This document shows positions 53,092-64,000 of a stretch of 64,000 nt of DNA, one piece after another. Made by a program: the position numbers and the translations under genes. The notes beneath the pieces are model-generated. The model saw nothing but the letters and a program-made list of their open reading frames with translations. It searched no databases and had not been told where the DNA came from. The DNA lies in assembly GCF_044704955.1 (NCBI RefSeq), contig NC_091977.1, positions 255,316,001-255,380,000 of the forward strand, given 5' to 3'. The stretch comes from Pristiophorus japonicus. Taxonomy: Eukaryota. Each line of letters begins with the position of its first letter. The stretch's first letter is position 1.

Positions 53092-53600
53092 GAGGCCCAA
53101 AACCTGGGATCGGAGGTTTCCCGTGGGCGGATGCCTCCGACCTCGAACAAAATCTATGAATTTACCTGGTGGTTCGTAGATTCGCCCTCCTGAGTCGCTC
53201 TGGGTACCTATCGGTAGAGGCCCATGTATCCCAGGGGCATACGTGGTTTACAAGCATCTCTGGGATCATATGGACAGCCCAACCAATAAAAGAAAGGAAT
53301 CCCCATTCATACTTATGTTGATTCTGTATGTACGGAACTCCCACAAGTATGAATGGGGATCACTTAAAAATTACACAAACACATGAAATAAATTTTTTAA
53401 AACACATATTTAAAATGAATGAAAATGCCATTTAATTAAATATTTTAAATAAAAATTTTATTTTTGGAAAAAAAATTATATGTTTAACAGAACTAAAAAT
53501 AAACTTACCTTATTGGACAGTGTTTTTAACATATAAGGGTGCGATAAAATTTTATTTTTCTATTTTTTTAAATTCTTATGCTGATAAAACTTGCATGGCA
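53092..53600. mobile_element. Possible non-autonomous DNA transposon fragment
   Basis: GC-rich start followed by AT-rich tracts, similar in organisation to other Harbinger derivatives here; no TIR pair found. Confidence 0.35.
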
Positions 53601-53719
53601 GCAGGAGGTGCAGGAATGCTGCTCCTGGCCCCACATTAAAACCATGGGGTGGTATCGGCCACAACTCACCTTCTCACCACTCACTCCCTTGCTGCTCTGA
53701 CCTATTTCCCAGCCTCCCA

Positions 53720-54175
53720 CAGCCAGCCTCACTTCCTTAGAAAACTCAATCAAATCAGTGAGGTAGGATGGGGGTTTTCCAAAGCTATGCTGTGATTCGC
53801 TGAACTCTCCAGGTTTCAATTTTGTTACATTGCTTATAATGTCTTCCAGCATTTTCCCAGCAACCAACAGGTCTCTAATTCCTTGGTCTGATTTCTTCGC
53901 CTCCTTAAATATTGGGACCACATGGCCTTCCATCAATCCACTGGAACTATGAGCTATTAAATACTGAGCCAATCCTTTACCTATTATTTCTTCAATTTCA
54001 TTCAGCACTCCTGACTAAATGGAATTGTGTTTAGCAGCCCAATTGAGTGCCTTAATCTTAGCTCAGATCATTTCTATATTTAGCTCATTAGGATCACCCA
54101 TATCCACCACAATTTTTACCTAAGCATGATCTTCAATAATGAAAACAGATGCAAAATGCCCATTTAGCACTTTAG
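53720..54175 (-). mobile_element. Old CR1-like RT fragment
   Basis: VVPIFK, GKMLEDII, SQHSF, LTDLIEF. Confidence 0.75.
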
Positions 54176-54219
54176 TCCTCATACCTAACCTGCCATGCCA
54201 AATCTATCAAAGAAACTAT

Positions 54220-54500
54220 GTGGTCCTTGTTGAATTTTGGCATCTGAATTGTCCTTCTCATAGGCCTGGCCAAGACTGCCTGCCTCTCTTCCACGGCTAC
54301 GTTTGCGCCCGGGTGTCCCTGGAGATGGAGCACGCTCGAGGCCTTCCGCGACCGGTGGGCACCGGAGGGACTGGAGTGCTTCATCACCCTGGAAACCAAA
54401 TTTTAATTTGCTTATTAAGGTTCTTTGAAATGTTTTTTGTTAATTTACAGGTTCTAGTGGTTGTCATGGTTGAATTCAATTGGCAAATTGTCGATATTTA
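54220..54500 (+). mobile_element. Tx1/L1-type LINE 3' fragment
   Basis: LLIGLAK, DCLPLFHGYVCARVSLEMEHA, AFRDRWAPEGLEC resemble a Tx1 ORF2 C-terminus; T-rich UTR. Confidence 0.55.
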
Positions 54501-55544
54501 AACGAATTGTGAACTAGAAGCTGATTAAGCAGTTGTAGATTGTTTGACTCTCCAAAGGTATATATTAGACACTAGTTTGCAATAGCATAGGAATTGCTAG
54601 ATGAAATAAGACCAAGGTCCATCTAGTTCACCTTCTGTCACCCTGACAGTCCCATGGCACAATGAGAAAGGATTGTTGATCAATCATAGCAGTCAAGCTC
54701 TATCAATTAAGCTGCAACAGATTCAGAAATGACATGAGGAAAACTGAAAAAAGCCTAACTATCTCTACTACACCTGCTCATGGTCCCTTTTTTCTCATGC
54801 TTTTTTAAGCATTCCTAACAGTGGCTTTAATTATCCTCAACTGTTTACTACAGCTGTCCCCGTCTCTTTAGAGTTGTTCAATTTAGACCAAGTCAACACG
54901 TTCTTTTGGGGTTCATTTCCATACAAACCTTCCTATTTTGCCATTTATGCTTCACCTTATCCTGTGCCATTCTTTTTATTTGAGGAACGTAGAAGGTTCC
55001 CCCATCCATAAATATAGATTTAAATAAACTCCTGCTCTGTGTCACAGTTATTTCTGCCTAACAGCATATTGCATTCTACCTTCCTCAGATCTTCCCACAT
55101 ATTGTGAAATCTGGCCCGACATTGTTCTCTGCAGCAGTAATTTATCTAACCAACTGAAATCTGATGATACAATGATTACTTTTTGTCCAGATGCTCCCCT
55201 GCTGTTGGAGATCAGATTTCATGCCAGGGTTATTGCTAAGAACTAAATCCAATAGATTTGTTTCCAAATATTTCCACCTTGCCTCCCAGTAGATTTGGCT
55301 GCCCCACCTCCCCACTAATCAATCCATTAATGAACGGGTGATTGAGATCTTTCATAACAGCACAAGTCTGTTCTGTTGCTCTTCTCTACTTTGCTCAGTG
55401 TTCCCAGCCTTGCTGGATCTGCTGTCCCAGAAGCTCATAGCAGGTGGCAAGGATTAACTTTGGACCAACTGCTGGATCCAGCTGCACTTAAATCTTTAAA
55501 GCTCCATGCAGTTGACCAATGTCCCTCTTGTTGATTGGAACTAC

Positions 55545-55790
55545 AAAAAAGAAAAATACTGCAGATGCTGGAAATCTCAAATAAAAACAGAAAATGCTGG
55601 AAATGCTCAGCAGTCCAGGCAGCATCTGTGGGGAGAGAAACAGAGTTAACGTTTCAGCTCGATGACCTTTCGTCAGAACTGGAAAAAGTTAGAAATATAA
55701 CGAGTTTTGAGCAAGTATAGGGGCAGGGAAGTGGGGAGGGGAGGAAAGCACAAAAGAGAAGGTCTGTGATTGGTGGATGGATAATCTTTC
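55545..55790 (-). mobile_element. Penelope-like element terminal fragment
   Basis: Minus-strand pyrimidine-rich tract, hammerhead-like core, CAGATGCTGCC...CCAGCATCTGCAG end. Confidence 0.65.
55645..55682 (-). ncRNA. Candidate minimal type I hammerhead ribozyme
   Basis: AGTT-CTGACGA-A-AGGTC-ATC-GAGCT-GAAA-CG-TT-AACT: both core boxes, stem I AGTT/AACT, stem II with one mismatch. Confidence 0.6.
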
Positions 55791-55829
55791 CTTACCAGAT
55801 TTCTTAAAGTTTGTGTCTTCAGTCCCCGC

Positions 55830-56590
55830 CACCAACTCAGTTCCCAAGCCATCGACTCCATCCCTCTCCCTGGCTACCGTCTGAAGCTGAACCGTATTAT
55901 ATGTAACCTTGATGACGTATTTGACCCTGAAGTGAGCTTTCAAACATACATCTGCATCATCAATTAGACTGCCAATTTCCACCTCCATAACATTACCCAA
56001 CTCTGCCTCTGCCTCAGCTCATGAAGCCGTCATCCATGCCTTTGTTTCCTCCAGACTTGACTATTCCAACACATCCCTGGCCGGTCTCCCATTTTCCACC
56101 CTCCATAAACTAAAGGTCATCCAAAACATTGCTGCCCATATTCGAACTCGCACCAAGTCCCGTTTGTCAATCACCCCTGTGCTCGCTGACCTACATTGAT
56201 TCCTGATTAACCAATGCCTCGATTTTAAAATTTGTATCCTTGTTTTCAAATCCCTCTATGGCCTCGCCCCTCCCTATCTCTGTAATCTCCTCCAGCCCCT
56301 CAACCGCCCCAAAATATCTGCGCTCCTCTAATTCTGGCCACTTGCACATCCCGGATTATAATCACTCAACCATTGGTAGCCGTGCCTTCAGTTGCCAAGG
56401 CCCTAAGCTCTGGAATTCCATCCCTAAACTTCTCTGCCTCGCTACCTTTCCTCCTTTAAGATGTGCCTGAAAACTTATCTCTTTGACCAAGCTGGGAGTC
56501 AAATTTTCTTTGATAACACTCCTGTGAAGTGCTTTGGGACATTCTTCTATGTTAAAGATGCTATATAAATGCAAGTTATTGTTGTTATTG
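55830..56590 (+). mobile_element. L2-type LINE 3' fragment with tail
   Basis: IHAFVSSRLDYSN, ITPVLADLH, KLWNSIP; tail GTGAAGTGCTTTGGGAC...CTATATAAATGCAAG(TTG)n. Confidence 0.82.
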
Positions 56591-57499
56591 ATCCTCATGA
56601 TCGCTACTGTCCTTTGCATTCATATAATTCCTTTCTTTTACTTTTACTGTCTGCAATCTTCCCAGCCCTGCAAGTATGGGTTTGGAGGTGGGCCCGCTGT
56701 CAAAATGGGCCTGATTGACAGTGGAGCGGGTTCCCACTCTAAACCCGCCTCCACGTCAGTTTCTCAGCTGTCGGGTCTGCATGCAGATTGCAAACCCGAC
56801 TCCAAGCGGCGGGCCATTTCATTAAGCTACTTAACATATTTTAATACTATTTAAGGGGATTAAAAGCAGGCACATACAATTTTACCAACTTGTTGATGTG
56901 TTTGCTATCACCAGGTAAGTAGAGTCAGGCTCTCAGTGACTCTCTATTACTTTGGCAAGTTGACAGTGGCAGAAGTGGTATAAAAGCTACCATTTCACAG
57001 CTGTTTACTTTCCAATGTCAGAAGTTGAAGCCTTCAGGATTTGGAAGAAACTTTTGAGCTGTATGCAGGTTGGAAGTGTTTGCAGTGAACTCTCTATTCA
57101 ATATCACCTCCTTCAAGCAATCTCCCTCACCATTGACAGATCGCTTCTGTCATCTCAACCTCACCTGCCATTATCCCAGCAGCATCCCTTGATAAAATCT
57201 CACATTGGTCTTCAGAATCCCAACACGATCAGCTCCAACATCAACATCACCAGGCACACCAGCAGCACCAACAACAATACCAACCTTCTCCGCAATCACA
57301 TGATGCTGCACAGGACACAGGGCATCAGCAACTGACCACATTGCTGCCCGGGAGGCCAGCGATGGCCTCATCATGACCACATTTACTGCATTTGACTCTG
57401 TGCACCCTGGCTGCCACATGATGTGCCAGGTTGGCTCTACCCCACACCAGCACCATAAATCATCCCTTCAATGCCTACTCCAGCTCCTATTTCTTATAT

Positions 57500-58980
57500 T
57501 CTTAGATGCAATTTAATACGAATATGTGTGAAGTGATGTACTTTGGGAGGAACAACATGGACGGGCACTATAATATAACTAGTACTAACCTGAATTGCAT
57601 GGAAGAGCAGCATGACATGGGGGTGCATATTCACAAATCTTTGAAGATGGTAAGGCAAGTTGATAAGGCAGTTAAGAAAGCATATGGGATATTTGGCTTT
57701 GTAAATAAGGGCATTGAACACAAAAACAAGGAAGTCATGCTAAATGCTTAGAAATCACTGGTTCAGCCTCAGCTGGAGTATTGTGTACAATTCTGGGCAC
57801 CACAATTTAGGAAGGATGTCAAGGCCTCGGCAAGAGCACAGAGGAGGTTTCATAGAATCATAGAAATCATAGAATGGTTAAAGCACGGAAGAACACCACC
57901 CGGCCCGTCAAGCCCATGCCGACTCTCAGCTAGTCCCACTCCCCTGCCCTTTCCCCATAATCCTGCAATTTCTTTTTCCTTCAGTTACTTATGCAACTCA
58001 CCTTTGAAATATAAGATTGAGTCTGCCTCCACCACCCTCTCAGGCAGTGCATTCCAGATCTTACCACTCGTTGTGTAAAAAAGTTTTTTCCTACATCGCC
58101 TTTCATTCTTTTGCCAATCACCTTAAATCTTTGTCCTCTGGTTCTTGACCCTTCTGCCAATGGGAACAGTTTCTCGCTATCTACTCTGTCTAGACCCCTC
58201 ATGATTTTGAACACCTCTATCAAATCTCCTTTCAATCTTCTCTGCTCCAGAGAGAACAACTCCAACTTCTCCAGGCTATCAACATAACTGAAGTCCCTCA
58301 TTCCTGGAATCATTCTCGTAAATCTTTTCTGCACCTTCGCCAAGGTCTTCACATCCTTCCTAAAGTGCGGTGCCCAGAATTAGACACAGTTGTCCAATTG
58401 GGACCGAACAAGTGTTTTATACAGGTTCATCATCATTTCCACACTTTTGTACTCTATGTCTCTATTTATGAAGCCCAGGATCCTGAAAGCCTTTTTAACT
58501 GCTTTCTCAATCTGCCCTTCCACCTCCAACGACTTATGCACACATACCCCCTGGTCTCTCTGTCTGTGTACCGCAGGAGGTTTACCAGGATGATACCAGT
58601 TATGTGGAGAGATTGGAGAAGCTGGCATTGTTCTCCTTAGAGAAGAGAAAGTTCAGGGAAGACCTTATAAAGTTATACAATATTATGAGTGGTTTTGATA
58701 GAACAAATAGGGCAAAACTGTTTCCTCTGGAAAGTGGGTTGGTACACAAAGGACTCAGATTTAAAATAATTGGCAAAAAATACTATGGTAAAATGAGGAG
58801 AAATTATTTCACACAGTGCATTGTCATGATTGATGCAGGCTCGAAGGGTTGAATGGCCTACTCCTGCACTGATTTTCTATGTTTTTTTCTATGATCTGGA
58901 ACGCAATACCTGAAAGGGTGGTGGAAACAGATTCCATAGGAACTTTCAAAAAGCAATTGGACATCGACTTGAAAAGGACT
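57500..58980 (+). mobile_element. CR1-like LINE 3' part, split by two younger insertions
   Basis: MQFNTNMCEVMYFG..., [11 protein letters not shown], resuming at 58575. Confidence 0.85.
57851..58574 (-). mobile_element. CR1-like LINE 3' fragment with TSD
   Basis: (CATAGAAT)n tail; 9-bp TSD AGGAGGTTT at 57842-57850 and 58575-58583. Confidence 0.88.
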
Positions 58981-58989
58981 TTGGCTACC

Positions 58990-59430
58990 ATGAGAAGGGC
59001 GCGGCTGGCTACTCGGGGACAAAGGATACGGCCAAGCCACCTGGTTAATGACCCTCCTCCACAATCCCACCACAGAAGTGGCGCATCACTACATTGAGAG
59101 CCATGCAGCCACCTGCAACATCATTGAACAGACAGTAAGGGTGCTCAAGCAGCATTTCTGATGCCTGGACCGCTCTGGAAGCAGCCTTCAATATTCCCCT
59201 CAAGGGATCTCGGAATTCATTGTGTTGTGCTGCATGCTACACAACTTGACCATCATGCGGGGCCAGGCCAGCCCCCATCTCAGGAAGGGGAGGACGAGGA
59301 ACAGGAGCCTGGTGAGGCCCCGGATTGCCATCCACACCAGGAGGAGCATCATCCAGGGAGGAGACAGCGTCGCACTGTTGCCGGACCAAGAGCCACACGT
59401 CAGCGGCTCATAATGGGTCGGTCCTCTTGA
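58990..59430 (+). pseudogene. Harbinger transposase C-terminal fragment
   Basis: GWLLGDKGYG, NIIEQTVRVLKQHF, CCMLHNL, acidic tail, RQRLI. Confidence 0.88.
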
Positions 59431-59793
59431 ATGGAGGAAGGCGAGGGATGCAGCCACGATAATGGCATATCTCCGTTAAACTGCACAATCATACACAAGA
59501 CACCAATGCAAAACGGTCAAAGTAACATTTTACGAATGATACCAACATCGTCGCCTCAACCAACAGAACCAAATCCCACCCCAACATAACAAGCACAATG
59601 AAGTGAAACAATGTAACAACATATTTACAGATATTATTTACATTGGAGTACATGTTCCCATGGTGGTCAAAGTCATCATGGCATCACTCTACGACTGACT
59701 CAGAGCAGACTAAGCCTGATACGCAGTAGTCTGAGAGTTGATGCCAGCAATCACTGACAGCACCACATCACAACGTTCTTGTGTGGCTTGGGC

Positions 59794-61210
59794 CTATGAT
59801 GCGATTGCTGCTGCCACGTCAACCATGGCACGCACCATCCCCTTTGGGACTCCACTATCGCTTGTCATGCCCATCTCCCACTGTGAGAGGGCAAGGATGG
59901 GCTCATTGGATTGCTGAGAGGCATGGGCAATGCTTGAGGCGGCCTCTGTCACACTTACAGCAAGTGCGTCGTTGCTCTGCAGCACCCTACCCAATGCACC
60001 CATGAGGTGGCAGTGCATTTGCATGGTCTCCCTGGACAGAGCCACCAAGTCCAGGTCCATGTCTACCTGTTTCTCAGCGGGACTCCTGGGCCAACTCACC
60101 CTCCGGGGAGCTGATGGGATCTCCCGCTCAGTGAGCATACTATCGTCTTTCCCTCGTCATTTCCCCCATCGCCCGATGTTGACGGCTCAGGGGCAGGCTG
60201 CTGCATTGCCGGCTGCTCATCTGTAAGCATAAAGCAACAGATTTGTGGTTATTGGCATGGGAGGGGGCAGGGAGATAAGAGGAAGGACATCTATATGTAA
60301 AGGAGCTAGGCCACTTGATATCAGTGGTCAAGAAACTCATAAATCGCAAAGGCCATTCACATACCGTCATTACATATAGGGGGCACTGTCACGCCGCTGG
60401 CCACCGCGTGAACTGGGGGGCCCATGAGGGCCGCCACTCGCTGTTCCACCTCAGTGAGGTCCTGCAGATCAGGCTCTCCGCCTCCGGTCCGCTATTGCTC
60501 CTGGTGATTGTGCGCCAATTTTGCCGACAATAAGAACAAGAAGAAGATGTGAGTGCATGTGCAGTTCATTGTGTGGCACATGTGCCTTCCATAGTAGATT
60601 AGCTGCTACTGTCTGGAAGTGTAAAGATGTGCATTATAATCTGCGTGGCTGCACACAGAGCAGGTGGGAAGGCTGGGAGGAGGTGAGAGCCAACTAGCAT
60701 TGCTGCTCCGGGTGACGTTTGCCCAATGCGTATCAGAGTCAAAGGGTGGTGTGAGGAGGGGTGAGAATGAATAGGGGACAAGAGGGTCTGCGCCACCTGA
60801 ATATGTAGGGCATGGCTGTTGAAGTGAGCTTCCAGCTTTCAGGTGGCTTTACCAACCCACACCATGGCCTGCAACACATAGTGAAGGGGCAGCTCCATCA
60901 AAGACTTCCCATTGTGTGAGACAGTGATCTTGCAACAATGGTAGGGTGAATAAGTGTAAAGGGTACACACCCTGATGATCCTCGTGAGGTCGTTGAACTT
61001 CTTGCGACATTGGGTGGAAGTTCGAACCACCATGTCTGTCGCAGACACTCTTTGTGCAATCTCCCTCCAAATCATCCTAAACTCTTGGCAGGGGCCTCCT
61101 TCCTCCAGCGAGATGCAAGGCAGCCCACCTCTTCTCAATGGCCCATATTAGTGCCTCAGCGGCCGTGGCTGAGAAGCGGTGTCCTCTCTGGCATGCTTCC
61201 AGCTGCACCA
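59794..61210 (-). pseudogene. Harbinger Myb/SANT-like gene, 3 exons (~61210-60971, 60524-60365, 60220-~59794)
   Basis: RFSATAAEAL, IWREIA, RTSTQCRKKFNDL; exon 2 AKLAHN...RTGGGEP; GTATGT donor and TTACAG acceptor. Confidence 0.78.
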
Positions 61211-61539
61211 TTTCTCCCACTCTGGTCAAGGTCCACAGGTGAATCTGGACATGCACAAACTTATATTGCCGCACCCTAAACTTTCGGCTGGTGTCAGGAA
61301 CTATAGGGCACCTCTAAGCATGCGCGAGGAACTGAGTTTTTTTTAAGCAGCGGTTTTTGGTTGGGGCGGCCAAGCATCTGTGTATAACACCTGATTTAGC
61401 ACCCACGATCATTGTAACTGCGTTTTGGGTGAATTTTACGAACGGAGGCGTAAACCTTTATAGGATGTTAAATTTACCGCCCCACGAGTGCCCTAAGAAG
61501 CCTCAAACGGAAAATCCAGCACCTCCCAAACTCATGCCC

Positions 61540-61830
61540 TCTACCATGTAGAAGAACAAGGGCAGCAGGCGCATGGAAGCACCTTCACCTGCAAGTTCCC
61601 CTCTAAGTTACGTATCATCCTGACTTGGAAATATATCACTATTCATTCATTGTCGCTGAGTCAAAATCCTGGAACTCCCTCCCTAACAGCACTGTGGGAG
61701 GACCTTCACCACATGGACTGCAGCCGTTCAAGAAGGCGGCTCACCACCACCTTCTCAAGGGCAATTAGGGATGGACAATAAAAGCCGACCTTGCCAGTGA
61801 TGCCCACATCCCATGAATGAATTTTTAAAA
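61540..61830 (+). mobile_element. LINE 3' end, clade uncertain
   Basis: SKSWNSLPNSTVG...FKKAAHHHLLKG-like C-terminus followed by a short UTR ending ATGAATGAAT. Confidence 0.65.
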
Positions 61831-62456
61831 TTGAAGGCAGTTGTTGACAGCAATAATTTATTAGATTGGTTAACTCATGGTAGCTGTAGCTGATATGTGA
61901 TGCATTGAAAAGGAGGTGAATCTTTGGATTGAAAGAAACTTAAAGGGAGATTTTCCACATGAAACTCAGTGATGGTGCAACCAGTAAGTACATATTTTGT
62001 CACTGGAATGTAGAAGGGACCTCCCACATGCCAGTATTTTCTGAGGCCTCTCATTTGAATAGTTTAAAACTGAGTACTGATTGGTGTATTGCTTTTGTGC
62101 TGCTACACTAGATATCCCACCTCCTCCAGAAAGGCCCAGTTACACTTGCGATGCTATTTAAATGCATCTTCGGTGTCATGAATCTTACATTATTATATAT
62201 AACTGTATCCTAACATGCTATACATGACTGTAATAAGATATGACCTGTAACCACCAGCATACCTTACCACCAGGGGTGCACTTGCAAGAGACAGGTATAT
62301 AAGGACAGGTCTCAGGCAAGTGCAGCATTCCAGAGCTGTGAAATAAAGGTGCAGGTCCAGAGTGACCTTGACTTCACTACATGCCTCGTGTGAATCTGTA
62401 CTGAGGGGACAGGACTTTACAGTGGCGACGAGTTACGGGATTACAGAATCCACAGA

Positions 62457-63140
62457 ATGGCGAACAACGGATCAGATGAAAAGTACATTGCGGGAGACAA
62501 TTGGGAGGACTTTATAGAAAGGCTCCAGCAAAGCTTTGTAACCAAAGACTGGTTAGGCGATGATAAGGCAGACAAGAGAAGAGCCCATCTCTTGACCAGC
62601 TGTGGATCGAAAACATACCCTTTAATGAAGGATTTGTTGGCACCCGAGAAACCAGCAAGCAAGTCATTTGAAGAATTGAGCACACTGGTAAGAGACCACC
62701 TGAAGCCAGCGAGCAGCCTACACATGGCCAGACACAGGTTCGACAACTACAGACACTGTGTGGGCCAGAGCATACCCAACTTCGTGGCGGAACTTCGGAG
62801 GTTGGCTAGTTTATGTGAGTTCTCCAATGAACTGAGGAGAGAAATGCTGAGAGACCTTTTCATTGAAGGAATAGGCCACGCAGTCATATTCCGAAAGCTC
62901 ATAGAGACCAAGAACCTGACCTTAGAGGCAGCAGCACTGATTGCACAGACATTCTTGGTAGGGGAAGAAGAAACGAGGTTGATTTACAATGCAGGTACGA
63001 CAACTAACGAAATATCGGAACAAGAAGTTCACAGCAGTAAACAAGCTGCTACCCCCACACACAGACAAAACCGTGAGAACAGGCTCTCGACAGCAGGCAG
63101 AAGCCATCAAGGGCCACAGGAATGGCCGATCACACCATCA
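62457..63140 (+). CDS. Gypsy gag, truncated before the zinc knuckles
   Basis: Closely similar to gag of element 1 (ERLQQSFVTKDWLG...HLKPASS); the ORF continues out of frame into RT sequence. Confidence 0.88.
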
Positions 63141-64000
63141 ACACACATCGAGGCCTTTTCATGTACAATTGATGCCCATTCGGCATCAGGTCGGCAGCTG
63201 CCATATTCCAGCGCAACATGGAGAGTCTGCTCAAGTCCATCCCGGGGACGGTTGTATTTCAAGACGACATACTTATCACGGGCAGGGACACCGACTCCCA
63301 TCTTCGTAATTTGGAGGAAGTACTCAAGCGGTTCGATCGGGTAGGCCTACGAGTCAAGAAATCCAAGTGCCTGTTTCTCGCACCCGAGGTTGAATTTTTG
63401 GGCAGAAGGATTGCCGCTGATGGAATCTGCCCAACAGAGTCCAAAACTGAAGCAATTCGCCTGGCACCCAGGCCCCAGAATGTCTCAGAACTGCGTACCT
63501 TTCTCGGGCTACTCAATTACTTTGGGAACTTTATGCAGAACTTAAACACGCTGCTGGAGCCTCTCCACGTGCTACTCAGGAAGGGGTGCAATTGGTTTTG
63601 GGGGGACGCCCAGGATCACGCCTTCAATAAGGCACGCAACCTTCTGTGTTCCAACAGTGTTTTGACTTTCTTTGACCCAGGTAAAAAGCTAGTTCTCACA
63701 TGCGATGCATCAGTGTATGGGGTCGGATGCGTTTTGCAACATGTCAATAGTCAAAATTACAACCCACAGCTTATGCCTCCAGGTCACTTTCACGGGCAGA
63801 GCGCGGGTACGGAATGGTAGAGAAGGAGGCGCTCGCGTGCGTGTACGGTATCAAAAAGATGCACCAATACCTTTTCGGGGCCAAGTTCGTGTTAGAAACC
63901 GACCACAAGCCCCTCACATCCCTCCTATCCGAGAGCAAGGCAATAAACGCCAACGCCTCGACGCGAATTCAACGGTGGGCACTCATGCTGGCGTCCTACG
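63133..64000 (+). pseudogene. Gypsy RT C-terminal half and RNase H
   Basis: CPFGI, FQDDIL, CDAS, EKEALA, TDHKPL. Confidence 0.92.

Larger units (their letters stand above)
56650..61522. mobile_element. Old Harbinger element with convergent transposase (+) and Myb (-) genes, interrupted by LINEs
   Basis: Transposase C-terminus, spliced Myb gene, TIR-like GGAAAATCCAGCAC at 61509-61522; left end approximate. Confidence 0.72.
62174..64000 (+). mobile_element. Gypsy element 3 (relative of element 1), internally deleted, runs off the window
   Basis: 5' LTR 62174-62421 (TG...CA, TATATAA, AATAAA); PBS TGGCGACGAG at 62423. Confidence 0.93.

Noticed and set aside
54990-55540. Possible host exon
   Set aside because: The minus strand shows a GEHLDKSNH-like endonuclease remnant of an old LINE.

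Overview
Eukaryotic, repeat-only window with no recognisable host gene. The repeat mix (CR1-type LINEs with an esterase ORF1, a Deu-domain SINE, a Penelope-type end, Mag-like Gypsy elements, spliced Harbingers) suggests a cartilaginous fish (inference). Bases 1-21305 are a satellite built from 17-bp and 10-bp GATTCACCGYG units, with a ~2-kb higher-order period on the left and one full-length Gypsy insertion (10798-15510, ACCGT TSD). The remainder is nested transposon debris: a head-to-tail stack of CR1-like LINEs, four degenerate Harbinger elements, two young 1.6-1.7-kb GC-rich non-autonomous Harbingers, two more Gypsy elements, a solo LTR, and L2, Tx1, SINE and Penelope fragments. Leading observations: inverted satellite units fused in frame to a Harbinger transposase, LINE copies stacked on one another's tails, sibling Harbingers with complementary deletions, CpG-island-like mobile elements, and a candidate hammerhead ribozyme. 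All family assignments come from motif recognition by eye; no searches were run.
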